DNA from: an uncultured archaeon
GTDB lineage: Archaea; Thermoplasmatota; Penumbrarchaeia; JASLWR01
Assembly (NCBI GenBank): GCA_964430885.1
Contig: CAYSHM010000008.1
Location: forward strand, 1-64,000
DNA: 64,000 nt
Reading direction: 5' to 3'
Both the position numbers and the translations under genes were made by a program. This document shows, in pieces, positions 19,640 to 30,022 of the stretch. Under the pieces are notes generated by a model. It saw nothing but the letters and a program-made list of their open reading frames with translations, searched no databases and had not been told where the DNA came from. Each line of letters starts with the position of its first letter. Within the stretch, counting starts at the first letter, position 1.

Positions 19640-20229
19640 GATATTTTCAAATAAGCGATTGCATCGTCAATTATCTTCCGGTGATCGAAGGCCATCTCTT
19701 GGGGGAGTTCATCAAAAGGGGTCCAGAATACATCAGAGGCATCGTCTCCCGCCTTCAGTTCACCTCCGGTGATCTTCAGAAGATAGGCTGCGCTCACAGT
19801 ATGGCCCCGGGGATCCCTTTCAGGATGGGAATAGACCCCTATCAGCGCCTCTACCCGGGTCTCAAGGCCTGTCTCCTCAAGAACCTCCCTGGCCACCGCC
19901 TCCTCCAGGGTCTCCCCGTAATCAAGAAATCCCCCTGGCAGGGCCGGTCTATCCATGAATGGAGGATTCCCCCGTCTGATGGTGAGGAGGTCCCTGCCTT
20001 TCATCACAATACCGTCAACGGTCAATCGGGGTTTTCTGCCGTATGCTAGAACCTCGGACATGCCTTCAAGCAGGTTCTCTTTCGTGCAGCCCTGAAAATT
20101 TTCGTGAAGGATATCGCGCTGGCTGCATAATCGGAGAAGCACCTCGGCCATATTGTCCTTTCTCCCGCTGCACCGGGAATGTCCTTCTTTTCCGCACTTT
20201 TTATTGCTGCACGACGTGTCCCTGCACAT
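19636..20229 (-). CDS. NUDIX hydrolase (ADP-ribose pyrophosphatase-like) with Cys-rich N-terminal extension
   Basis: Nudix box GGFLDYGETLEEAVAREVLEETGL, RDPRGH, AFDH. The ATG at 20229 follows an AGGGGTGA SD. Confidence 0.88.
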   Translation of the reverse strand: MCRDTSCSNKKCGKEGHSRCSGRKDNMAEVLLRLCSQRDILHENFQGCTKENLLEGMSEVLAYGRKPRLTVDGIVMKGRDLLTIRRGNPPFMDRPALPGGFLDYGETLEEAVAREVLEETGLETRVEALIGVYSHPERDPRGHTVSAAYLLKITGGELKAGDDASDVFWTPFDELPQEMAFDHRKIIDDAIAYLKIS

Positions 20230-20374
20230 ACCTATTTCACCCCTTTGGAAAGCAATTAACATCCTTCGCCGGAATGAATATACCGACTGCTATAATAATG
20301 ACCCAACCATTATATAACTTCATTTACGATTTACCCACGTATTTCAGTATATGCAGTTTTAGGAAGGTGGAAGG

Positions 20375-21118
20375 ATGAATATAGATGAGAATGAAGCTCC
20401 TCTTGAGGAAGAGGAAGAAGAGCAGGAAGAGATTCCAGTGGATGAAGGCCAGGAAGAGGAAGAAGTTATTGAAAAACCTGAATTTATACTGGAGAAGAAG
20501 GATGTGGATAAATATGAAATGCTGGTAAAACGGGCCTTCCATTCCCTTCCCGAGACTGTCAAGAATTCCGAACGGTTCACAATGCCTTCCATCAAGATCA
20601 TTTACGAGGGAAAAACCTCGGTCCTGCAGAACCTCGGTGATATCAGCAAGACACTGAACCGGGATAAGGAGCACATCTTCACCTACATGCTCAAGGAAGT
20701 GGGTACTGCAGGAAATGTTGAAAAGACCAGAGGTATCTTCAAGGGTAAGGTCCAAAGGAACAACCTTGAGGAAAAACTGCAGAAATACACCGAGACATTC
20801 GTGCTTTGCTCGGAGTGTCTCCGCCCTGACACCAGAATGGTGAAGGACGGAAGGACCCATGTCCTACAGTGCGATGCATGCGGAGCTCACCGGCCCATAA
20901 AGACCAAGAAGACAACCCTGACCTACAAGAAGGAACTCGGAATAGGAGAGACCATTGAGGTGCTCATCTCCGATATTGGCGCAAAGGGCGACGGTGTAGC
21001 CAGAATGGGCAGGAACGTCATCTTTGTAACCGGGGTGACCAAGGGCGCAAAGGTCCAGATCAAGATTACAAATATCAAGGGAAACCTTATCTTCGCTAGA
21101 AAGGTCAAGGACCTTTAG
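20375..21118 (+). CDS. eif2b: Translation initiation factor aIF-2 beta with C-terminal TRAM domain
   Basis: ERFTMP, YMLKEVGTAG, CSECLRPDT...CDACGA zinc finger, IGAKGDGVAR TRAM domain. Confidence 0.95.
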   Translation: MNIDENEAPLEEEEEEQEEIPVDEGQEEEEVIEKPEFILEKKDVDKYEMLVKRAFHSLPETVKNSERFTMPSIKIIYEGKTSVLQNLGDISKTLNRDKEHIFTYMLKEVGTAGNVEKTRGIFKGKVQRNNLEEKLQKYTETFVLCSECLRPDTRMVKDGRTHVLQCDACGAHRPIKTKKTTLTYKKELGIGETIEVLISDIGAKGDGVARMGRNVIFVTGVTKGAKVQIKITNIKGNLIFARKVKDL

Positions 21119-21215
21119 GCTCTAAAGAGCTTGGCTAGATTAAACCGGTCAGGATAAGCAAAATAATAAATCAAATAAACCCCATTTCTAATCCCTCTCA
21201 AGGGGATGATGATAA

Positions 21216-23633
21216 TTGAACAGAAGGGCTTTCCTGGACGTGTTGGGATTATTCTTACTGGCCTTTACAATAAGGCTTATACTGGCGGAAAAGATGCCCC
21301 TGGATCTGGATGAGTCCTGGTATCTGGCCAATTCCCATCTAGTGTCAAAAGGCCTCATCCCTTACAAGGATTTCTTCGGGCGGTCTCCCTTTCTCTTATA
21401 CCTTATGGCAGCAAGCGCATCCGTATTCACCAACGACATTTTCATCGGAAGGCTTCCCTCAGTTCTTTTCAGCACCGGAACCGTTGTGCTGGTATATTCA
21501 CTTGCAAATAGGACGGCCGGAAGAAGGACCGCGGTGATCTCAGGAGCGGTGATGGCCCTTGCACCCTTTTCACTCAGATACGGATATCTAGCCGTCACCG
21601 AACCCGTTTCGGTGTTCTTTGTTCTGCTGTCGGTATATCTGTATTATATATCTACTGAACGAACCCTGCCGTATGGGGAAACTTGCTGGAGCACCTACCT
21701 GCTTTATTTAATATCCGGCGGAGTGCTTTGCTGTGCCGTCCTGACAAGACGGTCCTCGGCCATTTTCGCCCTGGCAATGCCTATCTTGTACATGCTCGCT
21801 TCATCGAAGACAAAAGGACAAAAGACAGGCCGGATCAAGGAATTCGCGGTTAATAACAGTCTGTTCTATCTGGGGTTTGGACTGCCCTTTTTATTGGGAC
21901 TTATCCTTATGTTCGGATGGGGTGATCTTCAAGTGGCCGTGGATATGTACGACCTCAGGGAACTCTGGCGGTTCGCAAGGATGGAAAAGACCCTTATATG
22001 GAACATAAGAGAGCTGGGATACCAAGCCCTCTATGTCCTTGCTCCGGCAGTAATTTTCTTATTGATCACCATGAAAAAACTTCTGAAGGATACCCTTTAC
22101 CGAATATTCCTAGGTTCGACCGCCCTTATGGTAATCATTTACCTATCAACGATGTTTCCCACGGGTACCATGGAAGGTCTTATCAGCTCAGATTCAGAGG
22201 GACTCCTGACGAGTATGGCTTTCATGGGCGGTCTTCTATTCTCGCTGATACTTATTATCCAGCCTGAAAAAGGATTGGATCCCAGTCTCGGCACTCTCAA
22301 GGACAGGCTCTATTACTATCTGCCCTTCGCCCCGGCCCTGGCCGGTGTGTTCCTGATACCTGGGTTCAAACCCGATAATTCAACTATCCAATGGTTCCTG
22401 TACATCTATGTTATAACCTTCATGCTGCTGGTCCTTTACTCCTTAGATCCAAGAATAGAGAGGAGATTCGACAGTTCCACTTCAAAACTCTACAGGATCT
22501 GCCTCCTATCCGTTTATGCGGTATATCTGTTGGCCCTTACAGCCGCTCGGCTTCCAAACAGGGACATAGTTCTCATGCTGGCAGGTTCTCTTTTCATTTC
22601 AGCGGTAATAGGGGTGAAGTTAATTCTCATGTCCAAGGGTAAGAGGACAAGGAAAGTACTGTATGATCTGCTCACTAGAAAATGGTTCAAACCCCTGATG
22701 GCGGTCCTTTCCATCACCTCCTCCCTGGGTCTATTGATTCTTCTTCTAATCAAAGAAGATGTACTTGGAACATGGGAAAGCCTGCTTATTGCCGGGGGTA
22801 CGGTGATCCTGCCGGCCGGAGCTGGAGCCCTGTCAGGGACGGAAAACTGCGGGAAGGACGGCAATGAAAAAAAGAACCCCTGCAGAAAAGGCTCCGCCTG
22901 CAAGAATAACGACGAAGAGAAAACAAAATACGTACTGCCCCTATTTCTGGCAGGCGTACCTTTCATATTCTATTTTGCAAGATCATGGTGGATGCCCATT
23001 TATTTCTATGAGATGATGCCCGGATTCAGTATCATGACTGGTATAGCTGCAGCATATCTATGCTGTGGGTGCTGCAATAAAGAGAAAGGAAAAAAGATAG
23101 GGTTACGGTTATCTTGTAAAGTAAAGAATAGAAGCACTGGTTCCGGAGCCGGGCCTCTTTTTCTTCTCATTCTGCTGGTCCTTGTTATCATTACCCCTTT
23201 TGTGATAATGAATGATCCCTACAATATCTACCTGGGAGATACCCAAAGACATCCTGAACCAAAAACCATTCGAGATATCGGGTCATACCTCCGGGATAAT
23301 ACCAGCCCCGGGGAAGAAATATTCTGCTGGCCCGTCTATGCCTATCAGGCCCAAAGGCAGGTTCTCTTCAATATAACCCATCCCCTTATCTACAGCGAGT
23401 TCAGTGATGAAGAGGACGGGTCCATCACCTCCCAGGGCTATCCCGCAGTCAGGGGGATAATGGATAGAATGGAGAATGAAAAGGTGCGGTTAGTGGTCCT
23501 TGATGCCAATCTGGAGGATGTGTTCTTCACAGGCAGGGACTATTTCAGTGACTATATCCATACCCATTACAACACGGTTCATTCCATTCACGGTACAAGG
23601 ATCATGCTGAGGAATATAGAACCTGAAGAATAA
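21216..23633 (+). CDS. GT-C fold glycosyltransferase (ArnT/PMT_2, family 39-like)
   Basis: DLDESWY after TM1, PYKDFFGRSP, GRLPS, VTEP, many TM helices, soluble C-terminal domain. Confidence 0.8.
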   Translation: MNRRAFLDVLGLFLLAFTIRLILAEKMPLDLDESWYLANSHLVSKGLIPYKDFFGRSPFLLYLMAASASVFTNDIFIGRLPSVLFSTGTVVLVYSLANRTAGRRTAVISGAVMALAPFSLRYGYLAVTEPVSVFFVLLSVYLYYISTERTLPYGETCWSTYLLYLISGGVLCCAVLTRRSSAIFALAMPILYMLASSKTKGQKTGRIKEFAVNNSLFYLGFGLPFLLGLILMFGWGDLQVAVDMYDLRELWRFARMEKTLIWNIRELGYQALYVLAPAVIFLLITMKKLLKDTLYRIFLGSTALMVIIYLSTMFPTGTMEGLISSDSEGLLTSMAFMGGLLFSLILIIQPEKGLDPSLGTLKDRLYYYLPFAPALAGVFLIPGFKPDNSTIQWFLYIYVITFMLLVLYSLDPRIERRFDSSTSKLYRICLLSVYAVYLLALTAARLPNRDIVLMLAGSLFISAVIGVKLILMSKGKRTRKVLYDLLTRKWFKPLMAVLSITSSLGLLILLLIKEDVLGTWESLLIAGGTVILPAGAGALSGTENCGKDGNEKKNPCRKGSACKNNDEEKTKYVLPLFLAGVPFIFYFARSWWMPIYFYEMMPGFSIMTGIAAAYLCCGCCNKEKGKKIGLRLSCKVKNRSTGSGAGPLFLLILLVLVIITPFVIMNDPYNIYLGDTQRHPEPKTIRDIGSYLRDNTSPGEEIFCWPVYAYQAQRQVLFNITHPLIYSEFSDEEDGSITSQGYPAVRGIMDRMENEKVRLVVLDANLEDVFFTGRDYFSDYIHTHYNTVHSIHGTRIMLRNIEPEE

Positions 23634-23669
23634 AAATAAAAACCGGAGCCAGGAGGAGAAGGCCCCGGT
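23630..23669 (-). terminator. GC hairpin + T-tract between convergent genes
   Basis: Minus strand ACCGGGGCC-TTCTCCTCCT-GGCTCCGGT (9 bp including one G-U), followed by TTTTATTTTT. Confidence 0.7.
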
Positions 23670-23686
23670 AGGATCAATTCTATTTT

Positions 23687-26600
23687 CTATTGCGGTCCCG
23701 GCTGCAGAAGAGCTTCAGTCGCTCCATAATAACCCCTGGCCAGGATTATTCTATCAGTATATATTCTTGTATTGCTCACACTCCCCCTTAAGAGGATCAT
23801 GCTCTCGAACTGAGTCTCCGGAAGGGTTGAGGTGGAATATACATAGAGCTTGTCCTCGGAATAATCTCTCAGGACCATATGGTTCTCGTCAACTTCCTGA
23901 AGGTTCAGGTCTCCCAGGAACTCAAATGTGACCAGCACTGAGGGATCCGCCGGAATGGAAAGGTCCAGAACGGTAAGTGTGGTGTTGAGCTCGATCTCCT
24001 GCCCGCCGTACTTGTAATCCCAGTAATAGTAGTAATCCGGCCCCTCAAGAAGGTAGGCCTTATCACCCACAATTCTAACATCAACCCAAGTGTCTCCAAG
24101 ATCCAGTGCGGAGACCAGAACCGCGGTATCGTTGGTTCGTTCCAGGGTGTTCAGGGTTGCGTTTGATTGGCCGTCATACCACCTTGATACTGTGAAGATC
24201 ACACCGTCAGCTACTCCAACCAATTCCCCGGGTACGCTGTAGTCATTCACTGCTGAAGGGGATAAGGGGTCGGAAAGGTCCATGACTTTGACATAGTTCT
24301 GATAGACCGAATCGTAATATACATAGTCATACCTGTACACTGGTTCATAGTTGGTCTGGACATGCTGAATGAACAGTTCACTGCCAAGGACCTTCATTAT
24401 CCTGAATGAGTAGGAATCCATCTCGAAAGCTGTGGGTTCCGGAACATCCTCAAGGTCGGAAAGATCGAAGATATATAAAGTGTCATTACCCTTCTTTTCA
24501 GGATAGGGTCGGTACTCATCTATGGACTCGTCATACCTCCATGAGGAATACACATGCTCTCCGACATTGTAGAATACCAGATTGTCCTCAACCACCGCGA
24601 ATCGGGTCTCCAGATTGTATATTGGATAGTAATAGTAGGGTTCCGACCGGCCTTTCTCCACCATGACATCGTCCTCCGCATATCCGTAATAGTCGTAGTA
24701 ATTGTTGTAGTTGGCGCCGAAATGAATACCGGCTGGCATCCTTGCGACCTGTTCCAGCTGGATGAGTCCCTCTTCGGTTACATCCAGGGAATAAAGCACG
24801 CCGTTCACATCTGTGTCGTTGGTCCGTATATTCAGAGCAAGGATGAGGTTCCCATTAACCTCGAAAAGCGTGCCGCCGTATGCCTCCAGGGGAACTCTGT
24901 CGATATAGACCAGATCCGACGGGGATGATACTGTACGGACCTCGGTTACATAGTTCTGATCGTCATTGATGATCTGCAGATAAATGCCATCGTCAATATA
25001 GAGGACATCCTGAATATCGGTACAGAGGTCTATTGTCTTCACCATCTCGGGGGTATCCAGGTCCTCTATGTCCACCACATACATGCCCTTGAAAGAAGTG
25101 GCTAGGATGTAATCGTCCACTACCCTTGTACGCTCCATGGTATATTTTCCGTGAACGCTTCCCTTGAGTTCCAGGTCACCTTCCTCGAGATCGAACTTCA
25201 CTATCTGAATACCGGTTATATGTCCTTCGTCCCGGTCCCATGAACTATAGGGAACTATAACTATGTCATGGGTGTCATCCACTGTAAGGGCCTTGGGCTC
25301 CCAGTTGGCCTCGGAATAGGCATAATCCCCTCCAAGCCGCACCCGCTCCTCCATTACCACATTGTAGGGATCGGTGACATCGAAAAGGGATACCGCAACG
25401 TTTGTCTGGTTCCCGGAGTCATCCACACCCAGGGCAATTATCTTGAAACCTCGGACCTCCATATGGGTTACCCATCCCGGCATTTCAAAAACATCGCAGA
25501 GCTTGGGATCGTTTGGGTCGGACAGGTCCAGAACATCCAGGGGATCGATGGCCCTGGGAAGATGGATGGTGTAGCCCCGCTCCCCTGCGAACCGGGTGGC
25601 CATGAGCGAACCCTCGTCATCGATAAGAAGATCCCCCATGGGCTGGATCTTGTTGGGATTGCTGATATCAACAATATAGAGGCGCGATTGACCCATTCCT
25701 CTCCAGAAGTGGGATACCATCCTAAAGGTGTCCTCAAACTCGTCCATCTGATACTTGTTGGTGACCTCTCCGGGGATCACGAACTCGTCCCTGATCTCAA
25801 TATCTCCTGCAGGATCAGTGATATCAAGATAGGTGAACCGTGTGTAATATTCATATGTGTCCTGATAGGGATATTCCCACATTGAATCTGGGCGTTTATC
25901 CTCTGAGCGGGTGGACCCCTTTTCATCATCATCGTAATCCACGGCGACTGCATCGTTTGACCCTGAGCTAGAACCCCCGCTGACGTTTCCTTCCATGGGT
26001 TCGTCATCCGGATCAACCGGTTCCTCACGTTCCTCGAACTCCACTTCTCCCTCCTTCTCATCAGGGAAAAGTATGTCCCAGATATCATAGTCATTGTAAA
26101 AGTAATCATGCTGGGCCACATAGAAGGCTCTCCAGCTTGCGTGAACCTGGTTTGAATTACCGGAAAATGTTACCCTGTCCTTCATTCCAACTGTCTCAGG
26201 ATCACCAAAATCAATGGAAGTAACAATGGTCTGGGGTTCCCAGTCATCATCGTAGTAACCGTACATACCGTAGTTGTTGGTGGTCTGATAGAGCACGTTC
26301 CCTACCCTTCTGGATTCTCCGGCATAACCCTCTACCTCGACTATTTTCAGTATGACCGGATCACTAGGGTCTGCAACATTTATGATATATATCATCGTAC
26401 CTATGGCCCCAGCACCATCGTCTCCGCCTTCCAGTTCCCAGTATCGGTACCAGAATGAGTAGTCAGTCCTTACGGTTACAATTGCCAGAAAATCAACCAC
26501 ATACATCTCCTCGGGGTAACCTACAACTGAACACTGTCCCTTCAATTCCGCATTCTCCGGGTTGGAAATGTCTATAACGGACAGTCCCCGATACTGGTTC

Positions 26601-27103
26601 AGAACATAGATATGATCGCCTATGACCTTGATAATGTCTGCTTCCTCAACCTCCCTCGACGGTGTGTCATCGTTACTGGATTTATCGGACTCGTCTGCTG
26701 CCAATTCCTCTCGGGGTGCCCCCGAATCTACTTCATCATCATCATTTCCTCCGTCCCCATAATCACCACCGCCGTTCTGGGCGTTGTCAACATCGGACTG
26801 ACTGTCATTGAACTCGTCCTTGCCCTCAAGTTCTGCAAGCTGTTTTAGATCGGGGCCCTTCACCGCCCGGGCAATACCGGGATCGATGGTGATTATCTCC
26901 GGTGTATCCACCTGCTCGGAATAATTTCTCCATTTCTCCTTTACATCATCATCAAGCTTGATCATATCCTCGGGTGTGAGACCGTTTCCCTTGTAGGGTT
27001 CTTCCCCCGCTTCACCCGCATCCTTATCATAATAATAGAATACCGTGCCCAATCCTCCAGTGAAGATCAGGACGACCAACATCATTGCTATCAATTTGTT
27101 CAT
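23687..27103 (-). CDS. Secreted/membrane-anchored beta-propeller domain protein (Beta_propel family, LVIVD-like repeats)
   Basis: N-terminal TM, VEEADIIKVIGDHIYV, QMDEFEDTFR, ATRFAG, IDPLDVLDLSDP, VSLFDVTDP. Asp/Tyr-rich inserts. Confidence 0.85.
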   Translation of the reverse strand: MNKLIAMMLVVLIFTGGLGTVFYYYDKDAGEAGEEPYKGNGLTPEDMIKLDDDVKEKWRNYSEQVDTPEIITIDPGIARAVKGPDLKQLAELEGKDEFNDSQSDVDNAQNGGGDYGDGGNDDDEVDSGAPREELAADESDKSSNDDTPSREVEEADIIKVIGDHIYVLNQYRGLSVIDISNPENAELKGQCSVVGYPEEMYVVDFLAIVTVRTDYSFWYRYWELEGGDDGAGAIGTMIYIINVADPSDPVILKIVEVEGYAGESRRVGNVLYQTTNNYGMYGYYDDDWEPQTIVTSIDFGDPETVGMKDRVTFSGNSNQVHASWRAFYVAQHDYFYNDYDIWDILFPDEKEGEVEFEEREEPVDPDDEPMEGNVSGGSSSGSNDAVAVDYDDDEKGSTRSEDKRPDSMWEYPYQDTYEYYTRFTYLDITDPAGDIEIRDEFVIPGEVTNKYQMDEFEDTFRMVSHFWRGMGQSRLYIVDISNPNKIQPMGDLLIDDEGSLMATRFAGERGYTIHLPRAIDPLDVLDLSDPNDPKLCDVFEMPGWVTHMEVRGFKIIALGVDDSGNQTNVAVSLFDVTDPYNVVMEERVRLGGDYAYSEANWEPKALTVDDTHDIVIVPYSSWDRDEGHITGIQIVKFDLEEGDLELKGSVHGKYTMERTRVVDDYILATSFKGMYVVDIEDLDTPEMVKTIDLCTDIQDVLYIDDGIYLQIINDDQNYVTEVRTVSSPSDLVYIDRVPLEAYGGTLFEVNGNLILALNIRTNDTDVNGVLYSLDVTEEGLIQLEQVARMPAGIHFGANYNNYYDYYGYAEDDVMVEKGRSEPYYYYPIYNLETRFAVVEDNLVFYNVGEHVYSSWRYDESIDEYRPYPEKKGNDTLYIFDLSDLEDVPEPTAFEMDSYSFRIMKVLGSELFIQHVQTNYEPVYRYDYVYYDSVYQNYVKVMDLSDPLSPSAVNDYSVPGELVGVADGVIFTVSRWYDGQSNATLNTLERTNDTAVLVSALDLGDTWVDVRIVGDKAYLLEGPDYYYYWDYKYGGQEIELNTTLTVLDLSIPADPSVLVTFEFLGDLNLQEVDENHMVLRDYSEDKLYVYSTSTLPETQFESMILLRGSVSNTRIYTDRIILARGYYGATEALLQPGPQ

Positions 27104-27217
27104 AATATCACATCTCCCTGCTTAATATTAAGTTTACAGTGATAATATTGTTTATCATTATAAATATGGTTTTTGGAACGACCGTCGAAATGAAGGCCGT
27201 TTTTTGGATTTTCGTGC

Positions 27218-28081
27218 TCATATCTTCCTGATCCATTTGATCCTGTGAATCCATCCTTTTTCCTTTTCAATATATTCGACTTCCCGTGATCTTTCAAAAC
27301 TCCATTTTCCTGCAATATCCGCCTTTTCCGCACCATACTTGAAATGATACATAGCAATGCCCATATCCGCATTCTGCAGACCAATACTCCCCTCAAGCAT
27401 TCCGTAGCCCTTGGTGGGTCGTAAATAGAAATCCACACTGCCTCTTTTATTGTCCACTGCCAGACGCCACGGCTGTTTGTTGGAGGCCGAAGGTGCCAGA
27501 CGGACGCATTCCAGGGGAACTGCGTATTCCGAGCTTATTTTCAATTCCTTCAATTTATTCCCCTTTGAACTGAAAAAGAGCTCAGACCAGGGTTTTCTTT
27601 TATTGGACCCTGCGCCGAATCGGATAAGTTTTTCCAGGGTCCTTTTTTTTTCCGCAGGAAAACCGAATGGAATGGACGCAGGCAGCATCTCATTTTCCTT
27701 TAATTTCATGATCTCCGCCATCCTGCTCCGCTTGAAGGTTCCTCCTAGCCAGCAGGTACCCAGGCCCATCTCAGTCAGGTACAGTATAATGGATTCGGTC
27801 TGATAACCAAAATCTTCCATACAGCCATTACCCTTTGCCACAACACCTAGTATGTAATATTCAGCACCCCTTATGAATCCATAGGTACCGTAATCAGACA
27901 GCTCCCTTGAGGACATGTTTTTCAGTTCAGCTATACGAAAGCGGACAGTATTCCCGTAGGGACCTTTATGTTCCCTTGATAGAAGTGAGCGAATATTCTT
28001 CAGTATACTTGAGGAAATGGGCCTCCGGCCATAGGTCCTGACACTACAGCGACGAATTATTGATTCTGGAATACCGTCCAT
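27218..28081 (-). CDS. Nitroreductase family protein (two-domain, TM1586-like)
   Basis: RRCSVRTY, GLGTCWLGGTF, RLAPSASNKQPWR, DMGIAMYHF. Confidence 0.9.
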   Translation of the reverse strand: MDGIPESIIRRCSVRTYGRRPISSSILKNIRSLLSREHKGPYGNTVRFRIAELKNMSSRELSDYGTYGFIRGAEYYILGVVAKGNGCMEDFGYQTESIILYLTEMGLGTCWLGGTFKRSRMAEIMKLKENEMLPASIPFGFPAEKKRTLEKLIRFGAGSNKRKPWSELFFSSKGNKLKELKISSEYAVPLECVRLAPSASNKQPWRLAVDNKRGSVDFYLRPTKGYGMLEGSIGLQNADMGIAMYHFKYGAEKADIAGKWSFERSREVEYIEKEKGWIHRIKWIRKI

Positions 28082-28203
28082 TTTCTTTCACTCCTTTAGA
28101 AAAATTGAACTGATGCATCAGCACACAAGCTGTTCAATAGAAATAAAACAATAATATGGTATTCTCCAGTATGAGATAATTTTACCGGCACTGTCTCGGA
28201 AGT

Positions 28204-28632
28204 TCAATACTCCGATGTCTGGGCTGGTTCGCCCTGGCCTACCTTGGATGTGGCTTTCTGGCAGAAGGGACACACGCTGTATCTGACATCCACCATCTGA
28301 CCGCAGGACAGACACGCCTTTTTCTGGGGCTGGGCGGGCTGCTGGGAGGAGGGCTGTGCCGGTGCGGATTCCGCCGTCGGGGCTTTATTGGCAGCATTGG
28401 AAAAGAATGTCAATTGATTAATGGCTCCGCCATTCTGGAGTACTATGGCCTGCTTGTGAACGTCGAACCATGAGATTATCCAAATAACCCATCCAATACC
28501 TGCTGCAAGAAGTAATATCTGAATTATTGCCTTCAACCATTGACCTATGTAGAAATAGCCTATTGCAAAGGGAATAATGTTCAAGAGCACTGCCAATGTG
28601 GGATTCTTTTCACCTCTTATCTCCTGGGCCAT
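28204..28632 (-). CDS. Small membrane protein (TM2-like) with C-terminal zinc ribbon
   Basis: KNPTLAVLL...GYFYIGQW; CLSC...CPFC. Confidence 0.78.
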   Translation of the reverse strand: MAQEIRGEKNPTLAVLLNIIPFAIGYFYIGQWLKAIIQILLLAAGIGWVIWIISWFDVHKQAIVLQNGGAINQLTFFSNAANKAPTAESAPAQPSSQQPAQPQKKACLSCGQMVDVRYSVCPFCQKATSKVGQGEPAQTSEY

Positions 28633-28834
28633 TTTATCATCCTCTTTTCATGAAACTGTATTTGTTTTACTGATAAAAACTATATTAAATTGTACTGAAC
28701 CGAATCAAATAAGCCATATCTTGATTATAATATTTTTCATTGGAATTCGAAAACAGCTTGATATAATGCCTTGATGGAACTGATCGATGGATTGAAAAGA
28801 ACAAAGCACGCTGTGTCGTACCGAGTAGAAATCA

Positions 28835-28868
28835 GGAGGCCCGTCACTTAATTGAGTAAACAGGCCTC
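28835..28868 (-). terminator. Hairpin downstream of serC
   Basis: Minus strand GAGGCCTGT...ACGGGCCTC 9-bp stem with one G-U, about 20 nt after the stop. Confidence 0.5.
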
Positions 28869-28887
28869 GGTCAGTCCGGATAAGGTC

Positions 28888-29970
28888 CTATTCGCTCTCT
28901 TTCTGGAATCTTTCCAGGAACTCAACCAGGAATTCCACACCCTCCCTGGGCATGGCATTGTAGATGGAAGCCCTCATTCCGCCAACGGACCTGTGACCCT
29001 TGAGACCCACAAGACCCAAAGCCAGTGCCTCTGCTGCACATTTATCCTCCAGTTCCTTAGTCCTGAGATTGAAGGTCACGTTCATCAGGGAGCGGGAATC
29101 CTTTCGGGCATGTCCCTTGTAGAAACCGCCGCTTCCGTCGATGAGATCATAGAGAAGCTTTGCCTTATCCCTGTTCTTCTTCTCGATGGCAGGAATGCCG
29201 CCCATGTCCCGGAGGTGCTCAAGGCACAGCTTGCACATGTAGACCGCAAAACTTGGTGGTGTGTTGAACATGGATCTTTTCTCAATGTGGGTCAGATACC
29301 TGAACATTGTGGGGACATCTACCCCGTGGAGACCCACAAGGTCATCCCTGATCACCACTATTGTGGTTCCGGCAGGACCTATGTTCTTCTGTGCTCCGGC
29401 AAATATTATCCCGAACTTGGAATAATCCAGTTCCCTGCACATGAAGTCCGAGCTCATATCGCTTACCAGAGGCACATCCCCGGTATCCGGGAAATCCTCT
29501 ATCTGGGTTCCGTTTATGGTATTGTTGCTGCAGCAGTGGAAATAGGAAGCGTCGGGATTGATCCGGTAGTCCGTGGGAATATAGCGGAAACCCTCATCCT
29601 CGCTTGAGGCTACAATATTGCATCCCCCGAGGATATTGGCCTCAGTAATGGCCTTCTTGGTCCAGGTTCCAGTATGAAGAATATCCGGGATTTTTCCATG
29701 GGTATTTATGTTCATGGGAACCAAGGCAAACTGCTGGCTCGCTCCTCCCTGGAGGAACATCACGTGATATTCCTTACCGAGACCCAAAAGCTCCCTCACC
29801 AGGTCCTGGGCTCCATTCATGACCTCGTCGAACCATTTGGAGCGGTGGGACAACTCCATGATCGACATTCCGGTTCCGTTGTAATCCAACAGCTCTTCCT
29901 GCGCTTTTTCCAGTGCCGGCAGGGGCAGTGTGGCCGGTCCTGCATAGAAATTATATGCTCTGTGTACCAT
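28888..29970 (-). CDS. serC: Phosphoserine aminotransferase (bacterial-type SerC)
   Basis: NFYAGPA, MELSHRS, QGGASQQF, NNTINGT, DMSSD, AGAQKNIGPAG (PLP Lys), NTPP, GHRSVGGMRASIYN. Confidence 0.96.
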   Translation of the reverse strand: MVHRAYNFYAGPATLPLPALEKAQEELLDYNGTGMSIMELSHRSKWFDEVMNGAQDLVRELLGLGKEYHVMFLQGGASQQFALVPMNINTHGKIPDILHTGTWTKKAITEANILGGCNIVASSEDEGFRYIPTDYRINPDASYFHCCSNNTINGTQIEDFPDTGDVPLVSDMSSDFMCRELDYSKFGIIFAGAQKNIGPAGTTIVVIRDDLVGLHGVDVPTMFRYLTHIEKRSMFNTPPSFAVYMCKLCLEHLRDMGGIPAIEKKNRDKAKLLYDLIDGSGGFYKGHARKDSRSLMNVTFNLRTKELEDKCAAEALALGLVGLKGHRSVGGMRASIYNAMPREGVEFLVEFLERFQKESE

Positions 29971-30022
29971 TTTTATTACCTCTTTTCTTTTTTTAAACGG
30001 TATTGTTCAAAGGATCTATTCA

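Noticed and set aside
28852-29607. Long alternative ORFs (e.g. 251 aa opposite serC, 245 aa at 48823-49560, 212 aa at 30188-30826, 205 aa at 25268-25885)
   Set aside because: Antisense shadows of well-supported genes, with no recognisable motifs.
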